64,000 bases of DNA from positions 80,104-144,103 of the forward strand of contig ADNK01000874.1 of NCBI GenBank assembly GCA_000320545.1. The letters are read 5' to 3'. This DNA comes from Bigelowiella natans CCMP2755 (taxonomy: Eukaryota > Protista > Cercozoa). A program made the position numbers and the translations under genes. Under the pieces are notes generated by a model, which had not been told where the DNA came from, did no database searches, and saw nothing but the letters and a program-made list of their open reading frames with translations. Each line of letters opens with the position of its first letter. Position 1 is the first letter of the stretch. This document shows positions 52,072-64,000 of the stretch, piece after piece.

Positions 52072-52101
52072 TTTCCCACGCACTCAAAACTATATAAATA
52101 T

Positions 52102-52140
<39 letters not shown>

Positions 52141-53370
52141 GACTTTTGCTATTACTACTACTACCGCCACCACCACCACTACTACTACTACTGCTCCATC
52201 TAATGACTGCTATGATAGTAAACATATATCTAGTAGTAGGTATTAGCAGCTGGTACTACAACTACTAGTAGTAGTACTAATACCGGTCCATTTTGGTATC
52301 TCCTACTACATCACGAATATCTATCGATGCCTGATGGGTATACGTATAATAATCTTGCTCATTACGATCATTGGTAGGTAGCACACAAGAACGCTTATCA
52401 TGTACGCCTTCTAGGCTGCATTCAATCCGAAATGGTAAGATCGCACACACACACTCACACACACACACACACACACTTTCGTATGTAAGCCACGCAGAAA
52501 ACATGAAATATTCTCTCAATCTGCCTCTCTCTTCTCTTCTTTTCCTCTTTCTTTTTTGTTAATGTTATGACTGATCCTAATACTACTACTACAACTACAA
52601 GCACTACTGCTACGAACTACTACTTGGGACTCCTTCTTCATTTCACCCCATCGCTCAGCTTTCTCTCTTGCCTGCAGTATTAGTCATTGGTGATGACGAC
52701 GACGATGATAATAATAATAATAATAATGATGATACTGATGCTGTGAGGATTGCAACACAACGATATAATTCAAGCATAAAAATACTACTATATATTATCA
52801 TCTTCCATACCTTCTTGGCGGTCTCTTTCCTTATATGATCGGCAAGTTTTTGGTGCTTTGGGGGCATGAGGTGGGTCAACGTATCAGCCCCGAAACGATT
52901 TGCTAGAGCCTACATCGTAAACAACAAGAGCATCGTCTCACAACACAAGAACACGCCTCTGATGATGCGAAGGATCAGCTATGCAATCATCTGCATAGAG
53001 ATATCCTCTTTTCCCCATATATTCTTATAGATGTGACACCAAGTGTTTGATGGTAGTATTGTGCAGGGAAGCAGCACCTCAAACGTCGATCGGATCTTTT
53101 GACGAAACAGGTTTCTCCCCTCGTCTGACCACCTGCACAGCCCCTGAGAAAGGAAGAGAAAGAGAAGGCGGCGTGTTGGAAGATAGTCAGCTGACACGCC
53201 AACACAATGCTAGCAGATAATAACTCAGGCATCAACAAATAATAAGAAGGACAAGTGGTATGAGAAATATGCTGCGGTAGGTAACTTGTTAATGATCGAT
53301 AATTAACATCGTGCAGCACCGTGGCTCTACTACAAGTATTCGTCGATAATGACATCATCATCTCAACAAC

Positions 53371-53401
<31 letters not shown>

Positions 53402-53500
53402 GCAATCATCATTACTAGTTTACTCATTACCTTGACCATGCTGGGCAAGAAATTTACTAACACATTCTCGTCCACTCTTATGCACACAACCTGTTTTAGG

Positions 53501-53532
<32 letters not shown>

Positions 53533-55468
53533 GATACCACCACCACCACCAGCACGTATTCTCTTCTTCTTCTTCTTCTTCTTCTTCTTCTTCTTCTATC
53601 ATGGCACATATCATGTCGATCATCACTAAATATATCATCGTCACCTTGCAGAACCCGACAACAGCTTTCACTACCTGATGGATTGTGGAAAAGGAGAGAA
53701 GAAAGAGTGCGGAAGATGAGGGAGGGGGGAGGGTGAAGGACAGAAAGAGAGAGAATTTATACATCCCATAGCAAAAAAACCTTGTGAGTGCTATCACACA
53801 CATGTCATCGTTCATAACAAATTTATACAATCCCAAGCTACCTCTCTGTTGCGCTCTTCGAGGAGCTTGCACACTGCCGTCATTATCTAGTTATCGATCA
53901 CAACAAAGCTAATCAATGAATATTTATACATTCAAAGCGCTCATATCCTCATATATTCTAGGTCTTCGCAGTGCTCATCATCATCATTATCATCATCCTC
54001 ATCATCGATCTAATATATGACCTTGTTCATCATTTCACTTGGGATCTCGTCGTTAAATTCATAGATGAGACGAGCAAGTACGCTGACTGTTGAACCCTGC
54101 ATCCTAAGAAATAGATAGCGGCATTTTAACACACACACACACATACACACACACACACTCACACTCTCTTACACATACACACACGTGTTGACACGCACTA
54201 CAACACACCTTGGAGTTGTACCAGCCAAACCCGCATGTACCTGTGTAGATATTCAAAATAATAATAAAGAGGAAACAGCAGGAAGAGCAAGAACAAGAAG
54301 AAGAAGACAACAGAAAGTAGTGATCGAATAGCTCGTGGGCTTGGTACAATGCCGGTACTTACTATTACTATTACAACAACAACAACACGACTGCTTACTG
54401 ACCATGTAGATATATTCAGATAGAAGTGGGTAGCCTAACCACACAGAACACACGATGGAATTAAGACAAGAAAGGAGTAGTAGCAGTGGTAGAAGGACAC
54501 AACGCAACCAATGTAACAGCAGCAGCAGCAGCAGCAGCAACAACAACAACAACAACTCGTTGGGAGAAAATGGCATCCACCATCATGATGATGATGTTCA
54601 ACCCAATGTGAAGGATCACATCGCAACCTTCACAATGATTTTCCATTTTTAGACACGTTAACCATTTTTAGACACGTACGGTGGCGTTGATGTGTGGACA
54701 GCAGCTTGAGCTTCGAGACGTCAGCCTGATGAGAGCAAAAGACAATAATACCAATTAGACAAGGAAGGGGAAGGAGCGTATTTCTATCTGAGAACAAATG
54801 ACAACAAGCCCATCTAGAGAAAAAGCAGCAAATCCTTGTGAACTTCGGTGATTTGTAATTACATGTGTATAAATTACTACTTCAAACAAGTAAATGCTTA
54901 AAGTTACCTTTGAATCTCTTAATGCTTTACCGATGTTAACGGTTAGTGAATATGCAGATTCGCGAGCTGAATATCATCATCATCATCATCAATAGCATTG
55001 TCGTCATAAGGACTTACTTCTTACATGCCCATAACCCCCCCCCCCCCCTCTCTTTGTGAACATTACAACCGAAATACATCATTGATGACATTGGTGGTAA
55101 TTATCAAGTGTCATCATTTTCTGATACAAAAATGACTTTTTACACATGATCATCAAGTGATGGGTTTGTTACCTTTGTGGTTGGTTTCCTTTATGCTAAG
55201 AATAACCTAGTAGTAGTAACACATACATGCACCTGGAGGGAGGGAGGGAGGGAGGGAGGGAGGGAGGGAGTGATTATCAATGGAGAAGAAGAAGAAGAAG
55301 AAGAAGAAGAAGAAGAAGAACTTGTGTTTATCATTATCACGATCGTGTTTTCTTATTCTTATATTTATTGATTGTCGTTTTTGGTTCTAAAACAACTCTC
55401 ATTATAATCATGGTTGCTATTCTGAGTCATCGCATTGTATTGCACAGGCATACACACACGCATATATA

Positions 55469-55509
<41 letters not shown>

Positions 55510-55701
55510 CCCCTACAAAAGATCCTATGGCTTGCAGAGCTTCAGGGTGTTTCTCTAGCCTAAGAACGAATAGATAGTCGTCGTCAAACTTACTCTAACA
55601 ACCACAACACATGCATGCTGCTAGGATGTTTCCGTGCACCAGTAGTACGTCGTACAGAAGGCATCTATTCTTTGTTTTGTTTCTCTATTCTTATCCGTGT
55701 G

Positions 55702-55735
<34 letters not shown>

Positions 55736-56682
55736 AATCTATTCCTTGCTGTCGGTAGGGTAGTAGTTGTTGCTGGTGTTAGATGTGGGCAGTACAGTAG
55801 TAGCAGTAGTAGTAGTAGTAGTAGTAGTAGTTGTAAGTGTAAGTAGTTGTGGTAGAGTAGGTCGCAGTAGTATTAGTAGTAGTACATATCAATCAGTGCC
55901 GGTACAAATACTTCCAGACAGCCCAACCGCGCTCGACTTACTCCTGGGCTGCACGTACTCAACGATTCTTTTTAAGGAGGAGGAGGAGGAGGCGGAGGAC
56001 AAAAAGGCAGGTAGGTAGGTAGGTAGTTAGTAGGAGGAAAACAGCACGAACTACATCACGACGCTAACAACAACATATGCCGACAATAAGAAAATAGTTG
56101 TCGTGCATATCGCAAATATTACCTTTGAGAGTTTGAGCAATCTGCATGTGCATTTTCTCCAGAAATTCGGCTGTTGTTGTTGTTGTTGTTGTTGTTATTA
56201 TTATATGGCAAATACCCATATCAACAAATAAGCGACGGCCATAGATATATGGTAGTAGTTCTTTTCTGCTGCTGCGCTGCTATCGTTAAAACTACTATAA
56301 TTACCATGATTCTTACATAGCAGTCTAACAACGCGGTAGGCCTGCGAATGAATAGTGGAAGATAGGTGTAGTAAGTGTGTCATATGTTATTATTCTTGCA
56401 TCAATTATTGAACATCGTCCTCATTGATTGATTGATTGATTGATTGATTGACTCACCTATCATTCGGTTGTTAGGGTTACAGTGTGATCGAAGCCTATAG
56501 CTAGATATGCTTGCTACTATTACTACTACTACTACTGCTGCTACTATTACTACTACTACTACCACCTTTTTCTGTAAGAGCGGATCATCGTCCTTTAACA
56601 TTGGGAAAAAGGCTTTTGCAACCCTGTGTGTGTGTGTGTGTGTCATCATCATCATCAAATTTGTCAAATCAGTGTGTTGCCC

Positions 56683-56713
<31 letters not shown>

Positions 56714-57977
56714 GATAATGACCAAACAGAAAGCTGTTACGAGGCTGCTGTCTATCCGTTTGTGTGGCTACTATAACTTCTACTACTACTACTACTACTA
56801 CTGCTTCTACTACTGCTTCTACTACTGCTACTACCAATTCAGTGCCTTGCTGCCGAGATGAGGTACAAGCCCGACGGCAAGGTCTGCAAGCTATTGTTTG
56901 TTGTCAGCAACACCACCATCCATCACCACCATGTTTACCATTTCTTACTCATTAAGATTAGCTCTCGTTCTACTTATTATTGTGAACATGTTGCTATTAA
57001 TTACTAATACTGCCCCCCCCCCCCCCCTTCCCGTTTCTCTCTCTCCTATCTTTTACTACCGCATGCGTCTGTCTTAGCCGATCAAGAATTTGTTCATCAG
57101 AACCACCACTTTCAGCTTGTGCCTGTTCGGTATCATCATTTTCGAATGCAACGACGATGAGGATGATGATGAGGAGGAGGAGGAGGAGAGGATGTATTAT
57201 TCCGAAAGAGCTGAGCATTTGAATAGTTTCTATGCTGAGTTTTTGTTTATTTGTTAGTTGTTTTGTGTTGTTTGTTTGCCACAATTCACCACCACCATCT
57301 ACCCCCCACTCTACCTACCTATCTCTACCTCTACCTAGCTACTACTACCTTAAGGAGTTTCTTGAGAAGTTTGAGGAAGAGTGAGTTAACCAGTTGGCGA
57401 TTGGCAACACAGCCGAATGCAGTTACAGCTAGTAAATAATAGTATCGGTGGAAAGGTGTAAGGTGCGACTTTGTCAGCAGCAGCAGCAGCAACAACAAAA
57501 ACACCAACAAATCTACAAATCCTGGTAGAATTGTCTATTGCATCAGACAACAAATCAATGTAGCGAGGACGAGGCATGATCAGAAGGATGTACACATCGT
57601 CGTCGTCGTTAGGCTCTAACCTTCTACTACGAAAGGTAAAGTCTTATCATCTGCTGATATAGCAGCCTGGAGGAGATGATATAGAGTAGTAGAAAACAAA
57701 GGAGGAAATCGTTTTTAAGTCCAAGAATAATTTGGATTCCTCCTCCTCCCCCTCCTCCTCTTCCCCTTCCTCACCAGCACCCCACAAATAATAAATAATA
57801 AATAATAATAATAATAATGATAATAATAATAATAATATGGCTTGCTTGCCACTGCTCCTAAATGACCAAATAATACCCATATTACTACTACTACTACTAC
57901 TACTACTACTACACAACAATAGACCGACAGTGCCGCCCTCCTGTTGCTATTCGGTTGGTAGTAGTAACACGTATTAT

Positions 57978-58012
<35 letters not shown>

Positions 58013-58554
58013 CTACTACTACTACTACTAATACTACTACCAACTACCTGGAAAAGTAGAGGGAGGAAATTTCCTGCAAATTTTTCCAAAAGTCCTCTTG
58101 CCACTTCTGAGAAACGCAAACACAATAATTGCATGGACTCGACGAACGGAGTAGTAATTAGCTGTAGTAGTTGTAGCGGTTGTATTGATAGTATTCATTG
58201 CCACAAGAGTGCTCTCTGTCAAAATAACCAAGCATCATTCACCCCACCCCCTTCTACCACACCCTATCGTATTTCTCAAATTGAAATTAGGCGTTATATT
58301 ATTGGCGTTGCTATTGCATGAGTACCTATATCGCTGTCTTTTATTCTTCGTAGCTTTCTTTTGCTCCTACTACTCTGCTGCTTTTCATCATCATCGTCAG
58401 TAGCATTCCCTTCGGAGCTCCTTCCCCTCTTCATGTCACTACCACCCTTACTTTCCTGCAAATGCAATGATGGTGAATATAAAATGTTGTTGTCGTTGAT
58501 GATGATGATGATGATGATGATGGTGTGATGATAGCGATGAGGCTAAGCCCTCTC

Positions 58555-58593
<39 letters not shown>

Positions 58594-58876
58594 GCATTCT
58601 CATTGTGCGGTGAGTATTCACCTTGAGGTCGGAAGAGCTGCTGTAATTCGCAATGGAATTGACTGCCAAATATTATGAGCGATACGTGTTTGTCGCATGA
58701 TAGTCTTGTTATGTATTCGCGGGGTGTCAGGGTGACTTCATAATCATCATCAATATCATTATTATCATTACGATCATTATCATCTTCTTCGTCATCATCA
58801 TCGTCGTCATCATCATTGGGTTTAAAAGCACTGAAACGAGGTTCACATAGTACCCATTGTCATAATAATGAGCATT

Positions 58877-58908
<32 letters not shown>

Positions 58909-60411
58909 ATCCACTAATACTGCATCAACAGCAATTCTGCTCCTATTGCTCTCCCACAACCACAACCACAACCGCTACATATTGCTACCAAAATTTGCCA
59001 GCCCCTTGCACAAGCTTCCTTGCGCCCTTGTGTTTGAGCGTGACTAAAGAGCAAAAGAAGACGCACAACAAACACCGAGCATTCCCCCATCGTAACTCAA
59101 TTTCACCACACGCACATGGAAGAGCAATTGTTAGTATCACCTGTATTGCGACAGCCCATGGTTTCGCATATTTCCTCAATACCTAGCCGACAGACAGAAC
59201 ACCGCCCAGAGTGGAGAACATATCATAATGGGGAGGTGGAACTAATCAAACGCTCTTTGCTGATTTTGTGTGGCGGTCTTTGATGATGGTATTCTACGGA
59301 ACGAATCTTCGCATTGTGATCCACGATTCGGCATTCAACATCATTTCTGGTGGTAGCAATCATCATCATCATTATCATCATTATCATCATCATCTCCATC
59401 AAACTGACACTCCCAGACCAACTTTCCTTCAACTACTTTTACTTATATAGCGAGTCCATCTTCTCTTCCTTTTGCTATTTCGCTGCTGCTGCTGCTTGCT
59501 ACTACTATTACTACTACTACTACTACTACTACTACTAATACCGTAACCATATCCAAGGGCAAGACACAAAATGACTAGTAGTTAAACAGCAGACAGAAGA
59601 AGAGAGCAAACAAGAAAGAGCATAAGAATACAGCTGTGGGTATATATATATTATATGATGATATCATTGTTGTAGAGCAGCAGCAGTAGCAGTAGTAGCA
59701 GCAGAATGCAAAATAACACAGCCAAGGCACCCTCTTAACATGACAACTGGTGCTAATTGTTCATGCTTTCTCCTCATCATCTTCTAATTGCTGCTGCTGC
59801 TCCTGATTCGTCTCTGTATACTACTGCTGCTACTACTACTACTACTACTACTAATGCTACTACCGGGAAAGAGTCCCATACAGTAGCACAAATCCCTTCT
59901 AGACGACTTCCTTCAAGAATACGACCGATCTTGAAGAAGAAGAAGAAGAAGACGAAGAAGAAGAAGAAGAAGAAGTAGAGGGGATGAAAAATGAACACCA
60001 TATCGTCAAAGAATAACGAGTGAGTTGAGAGAAAGAGTATGAGGATGATCAATAGGTGATATGAGAACTTACTGCCTACCACCAGCACCACCATTACTAC
60101 CCACTACTTCTTATTCTTCTTCTTCTTCTTCTTCTTCTTCTTCTTCTACTATTACCTTTGGGAGAGCTTCAGAGGACTTTTCCATCTGTGGTGGCAAAAG
60201 CAGCATTGGTAAGACAAACAACGAATACATGTGTGAGTATATAATCTATCATCATGTATAGAACTCATCATCATCACCATCATCATCATCCTCCTCATCA
60301 CCATCCTCATATCATTTTATAACTTTCAACGATGATGTGTGTTGCTACTACTTCATTGATTATTCGGTGTATGTTACTAGTCACACCTAGATCAGGTTCA
60401 ACACCATGATC

Positions 60412-60458
<47 letters not shown>

Positions 60459-61062
60459 GGACAAAAGAACGATCTAGGACTTATTAGCAGTATCTCACCT
60501 CTTCAAGATCCTTATATATATTCTCGAAGAAATAGCAAAGATTGTGCGGGCTGGATTTCACAGCTACCAAGAAAGGATGATGTGCGAATGAAATCAATGA
60601 GTATTGACGAGCGCAGCGAAGTATATAATATAGATTCATGAACAAGTTATCAGATAATATGTACTTTGAACAAGTAAAAGAGCAGATTGGTCATCGTTTT
60701 CAATCTCCTTCTTTTACGTTCTACTCTCTTTTATTTCTCGCTGCCACTTCTCCTCTTACTACAACAACTACTACTACTACTAGTACCTGCTTGCATAACA
60801 GGAAATAACCAAATCCTAGCTGCATCGATTGCATTTGTCAAACTTCCTCCTGACAGATCATATATCCAACCATTCTCTTATCTTTATCATCATCATTGTA
60901 ACATAAACATCATACTGTGTACGTGGACGACGACGACGATAATGATGTTGGGGAGTATCTTGTTGATTTCCCCCTCCTCCTTCTCCTCCTCCTCCTTGTA
61001 GTTCTTCTCCTCTCTTCCCTCTTGTTCTTCTTCTTCTTCTTAGCTTAGTTGATTTATACAGT

Positions 61063-61095
<33 letters not shown>

Positions 61096-61928
61096 GGTCT
61101 GACCTTGCACAATAATTGGGGCCTTAGTCGTTGGCAGATGCAAAGGTAGAATCTTTACCACTGCCTCAGGACCGCTGATAATGATAATGAAGATAAAATG
61201 AATGCACCGCTGCTGCTGCTGCTGCTGCTGACGATGATGATAGTGATGAGGACGATGTTGATGATTTACAATCATTATGCTTGTATTGATACCTAGTCAT
61301 CACTGCACATTCCACTGCAGCCTCTAATCCTGTAGAAGGAAGGAAGGAAGAGATATGGAGGTGAGGAAGAAGAAAGGAGAAGAAGAAGAAGAAGATGATG
61401 ATGATCACACCGTATCAATGCTACTATCATTATCGTCTTATATCTCATTGGGTGGTGGGGGTGGTGGCAGTGGTGCGTTGTAGTCAAAAACATCGTGGTA
61501 GTAACAGTGATAAAATCGTAATTGTACGTGGAGTATCTTACCATACAGGGGTAGTGGTAGTAGTAGTAGTAGTAGTAGTAGTAGTGTTATTAGCAGTAGT
61601 AGTAGCAGCACCTTTTCTCTCCTTCGGTGAGAGAGTTCCTTGATGCAATGAATCTAGGGAGACTACAAGCTCTCTGTCACCACAGCATCAACATCATCAA
61701 CATCATCAACAACAACAACCGATTGGGTAGAAGAAGGAGAGAGAGAGAGAGAGAGAAAGTAAAAGAAAGTATACTACAATCTCATCGTCAATATGGTTAC
61801 TACTCAATTATTTCGTGAATGATGAGCGGGCATGGGGATAATCATCGTTGTTATTAAACTTACCCAACTTCTGGGTGCTTTTGCAGATCTAGCCTCCTGA
61901 ATAGCGTTTGGCAAACATACACACACAA

Positions 61929-61962
<34 letters not shown>

Positions 61963-62117
61963 CGTCCGCAAAGATTCATGTAGCATTTTCCATAAAAATT
62001 GAGCTAGCTCAGAAGTCCATGGCACCTCTGCTACTACCGTTCACTCTCTTTCACTGTAATACATAGTTCTGCTTTGCTTTTCCGTCGTATACCCTCTCCA
62101 AACATGTAGCGTTTGGA

Positions 62118-62152
<35 letters not shown>

Positions 62153-62874
62153 TTCTTACTACCGAAGAAACTGAGACACGATATTGAATCCTGAATGGAA
62201 TGATCAAAAGGTGTTACACAAACTGTAACTGGTAAAAGTAGATGGAGATATATAATAGCAGCGTTACTTTCAGCAATTTCGGTACAGATGGAGGCGTGAA
62301 AATAGCAATAAATAATAATAAATAATGATACTAAGAAATAATAACAATGATAACAATGAGAGATATCATTCTTATTATTAAATAATAGAAATAGCAAGGA
62401 TGTGTGCTGCACCGTGCTGCCAAGCGGTTTTGTATCTATAGTCCAAGAGCTCCTTGAGCTGGGCGACGACTGCACGCAGCATTGAGTTCGTTGAAGAGGC
62501 GGGAGAGGACGAAGAAGATAAGCCCTCCGTACAATCCGACTAGAACAAGAACAACAACAAGAAGAAGAACAAGAAGAAGAGATGGAAGAGCAAAAGGAGT
62601 AAGCAAGTGGATATATACTCAGTACGTTAATAGCTGTGTACATGTAGAGCTAACATGCGCGCTGCAAATTGTCTTTCTCTGTGACCTTCCCTCTCTCTTT
62701 CTCTCTCTCTTTCTCTCTTTATCTTTATCTACCATTGCGGCCTTCAACGTAGCCGCTGCTGTAGTGACAACCTGTTTTTGTTCGTAGATAGTGTGCATGT
62801 GTATGTGTGTGTGTGTGCATGTGTATGTGTGTGTGTGTGGGGGGGGGGGGTGAAGCCGGGAGTAGTATAGAGTG

Positions 62875-62916
<42 letters not shown>

Positions 62917-63185
62917 ATGATATACGATTATAGATTTTAGACTCTGCAATATCTAGGCTCTACTCTGACCTCCTTTCTGGGGGACAACAACGAAGGACCG
63001 ATCCTGCAACACATGCAACACATGAATGATCAAAAAAGATGATGCACTTCTTGCCTGTTCTTTTGCCGACAGAATGGAGGAGGAGGGGAGGAGGAGGAGA
63101 GGATGACGGTACGTGTTCGCAGCTGTATATAGTACCTTTTCAAGGCCATATCCAAGCGCTGCCCGCCTCCCACAACACGGAGGCC

Positions 63186-63239
<54 letters not shown>

Positions 63240-63950
63240 GCATCATAGGGTTGGGTTAAAAACGCATCATCGCATATCTATGCTCACAAGTACATTAACT
63301 GCTGCTGCTGCTGCTGTTACAGAAGGGACATAGAGATGATGGGAAACAATAATTGAGCAGCTAGTACTCCTGACCTTGTAGCACAGCTCTCAAGTACGCC
63401 AGATTGGTGTCAACATCTAAGGAACACATCATCAGCTATACTACTCTGAGATATGAGAGAGAAGAGAGAAGAGAGAAGAGAGAGAGAGAGAAAGAGAGAG
63501 AGATGTACCTGCTATATGCGGTTTCAAGGCTAGGATTGTGTCCAAGGTATCCATCATCAATCTCCTTGTAGATCTAAGATAGTACCATGAATAGGCGTTC
63601 AGTTAGCTCACATTCATTCAGCATCAAGCAATGCTACTTAGCTGCATATGCTTGCTCACTTTCTTTCTGTTACTTACATTCCTCCTCCTCCCCATGGAGA
63701 AAAGGAGAGGCGGGGAGGGGGCCAGAATCATGCATTAATGCGTTCGAATGAAATGATATGGTGGTGTCAGGATATCGATGGCATGCATCAGTTTTCGAGC
63801 TTCTTTTGATGATTCTATCTTAATTTTGTCATGTGTGTGAGTCGTTGTTGGAAGGAGGAGGAGGAGGAGGAGGAGGAGGAGGAGGTAGAGGTATTTGAGT
63901 GTATTGTCCGTACTTGTCCGGATTTCGAATGTCGTCTCGTTCTTCCAACC
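49309..63950 (-). CDS. RRP12: RRP12-like ribosome biogenesis HEAT-repeat protein (NUC173 family); 5' end probably beyond the window
   Basis: C-terminal signature exons HTGKKFKSRKGAGGDVTVKK and GSAVEPYAYVPLNPAHLNKRK, ending GGKGRKGGRR*. Upstream fragments VVKAVVGFCKV, FRQKIRSTFEVL, LMPPKHQKLADHIRKE, GLLEKFAGNFLPLLFQV and VVKILPLHLP match the RRP12 layout. Many small exons are separated by microsatellite-rich introns, and the exon structure is not fully resolved. Confidence 0.8.
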
Positions 63951-63963
63951 GTTGGGGGGGGGG

Positions 63964-64000
<37 letters not shown>
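49480..64000. repeat. Dense simple-sequence repeats ((CAT)n, (TAG/CTA)n, (GA)n, (CA)n, (TA)n, (GAA)n, (CAG)n) filling the RRP12 introns; the same types fill 4.3-9.9 kb and 14.8-22.3 kb
   Basis: Directly visible. They generate most of the short poly-amino-acid ORFs in the six-frame track. Confidence 0.95.
51203..51288. repeat. Intronic direct duplication (39-bp unit, 47-bp spacing)
   Basis: AGTAGCGGAAAACGAGAATAAATAAGAAGGAGAAAGGAG occurs at 51203 and 51250. Confidence 0.9.

Noticed and set aside
54642-54678. Short direct duplication CCATTTTTAGACACGT
   Set aside because: Ordinary intronic slippage duplication with no functional signal.

Overview
Intron-rich nuclear DNA of a eukaryotic protist. 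The gene density, GT-AG introns and microsatellite-filled introns would fit a chlorarachniophyte-like rhizarian, but the taxon cannot be proven from the sequence. Hand splicing supports eight protein-coding genes: a 3'-truncated PDI/thioredoxin-fold protein (-); a Myb...RING-H2 multidomain protein (+); protein phosphatase methylesterase PME-1 (-); an Ariadne-type RBR E3 ligase (-); an uncharacterised multi-exon gene (-); a soluble flavoprotein fumarate reductase with a C-terminal cytochrome b5 (-); a 16.4-kb DUF3638/DUF3645 giant gene (+); and a 5'-truncated RRP12-like gene (-). Two things stand out. (1) Several intergenic islands (about 13.5-14.3, 22.9-23.4 and 27.8-29.1 kb; weaker at 10.3-10.9 and 48.6-49.2 kb) have lost almost all TpA except in CTAG. 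One stretch has about 560 bp with no TA at all and holds an exon-like reading frame whose Tyr codons appear to have become His/Cys. This suggests localized TA->CA/TG hypermutation, the mirror image of fungal RIP. (2) The giant protein joins a putative His/Asn/Gln-Cys cysteine protease, an SF2-like P-loop ATPase, an apparently inserted WCKPC thioredoxin, four EF-hands, a Vps62/DUF946-like segment and TPR-like repeats. All exon boundaries and dinucleotide counts were done by eye.
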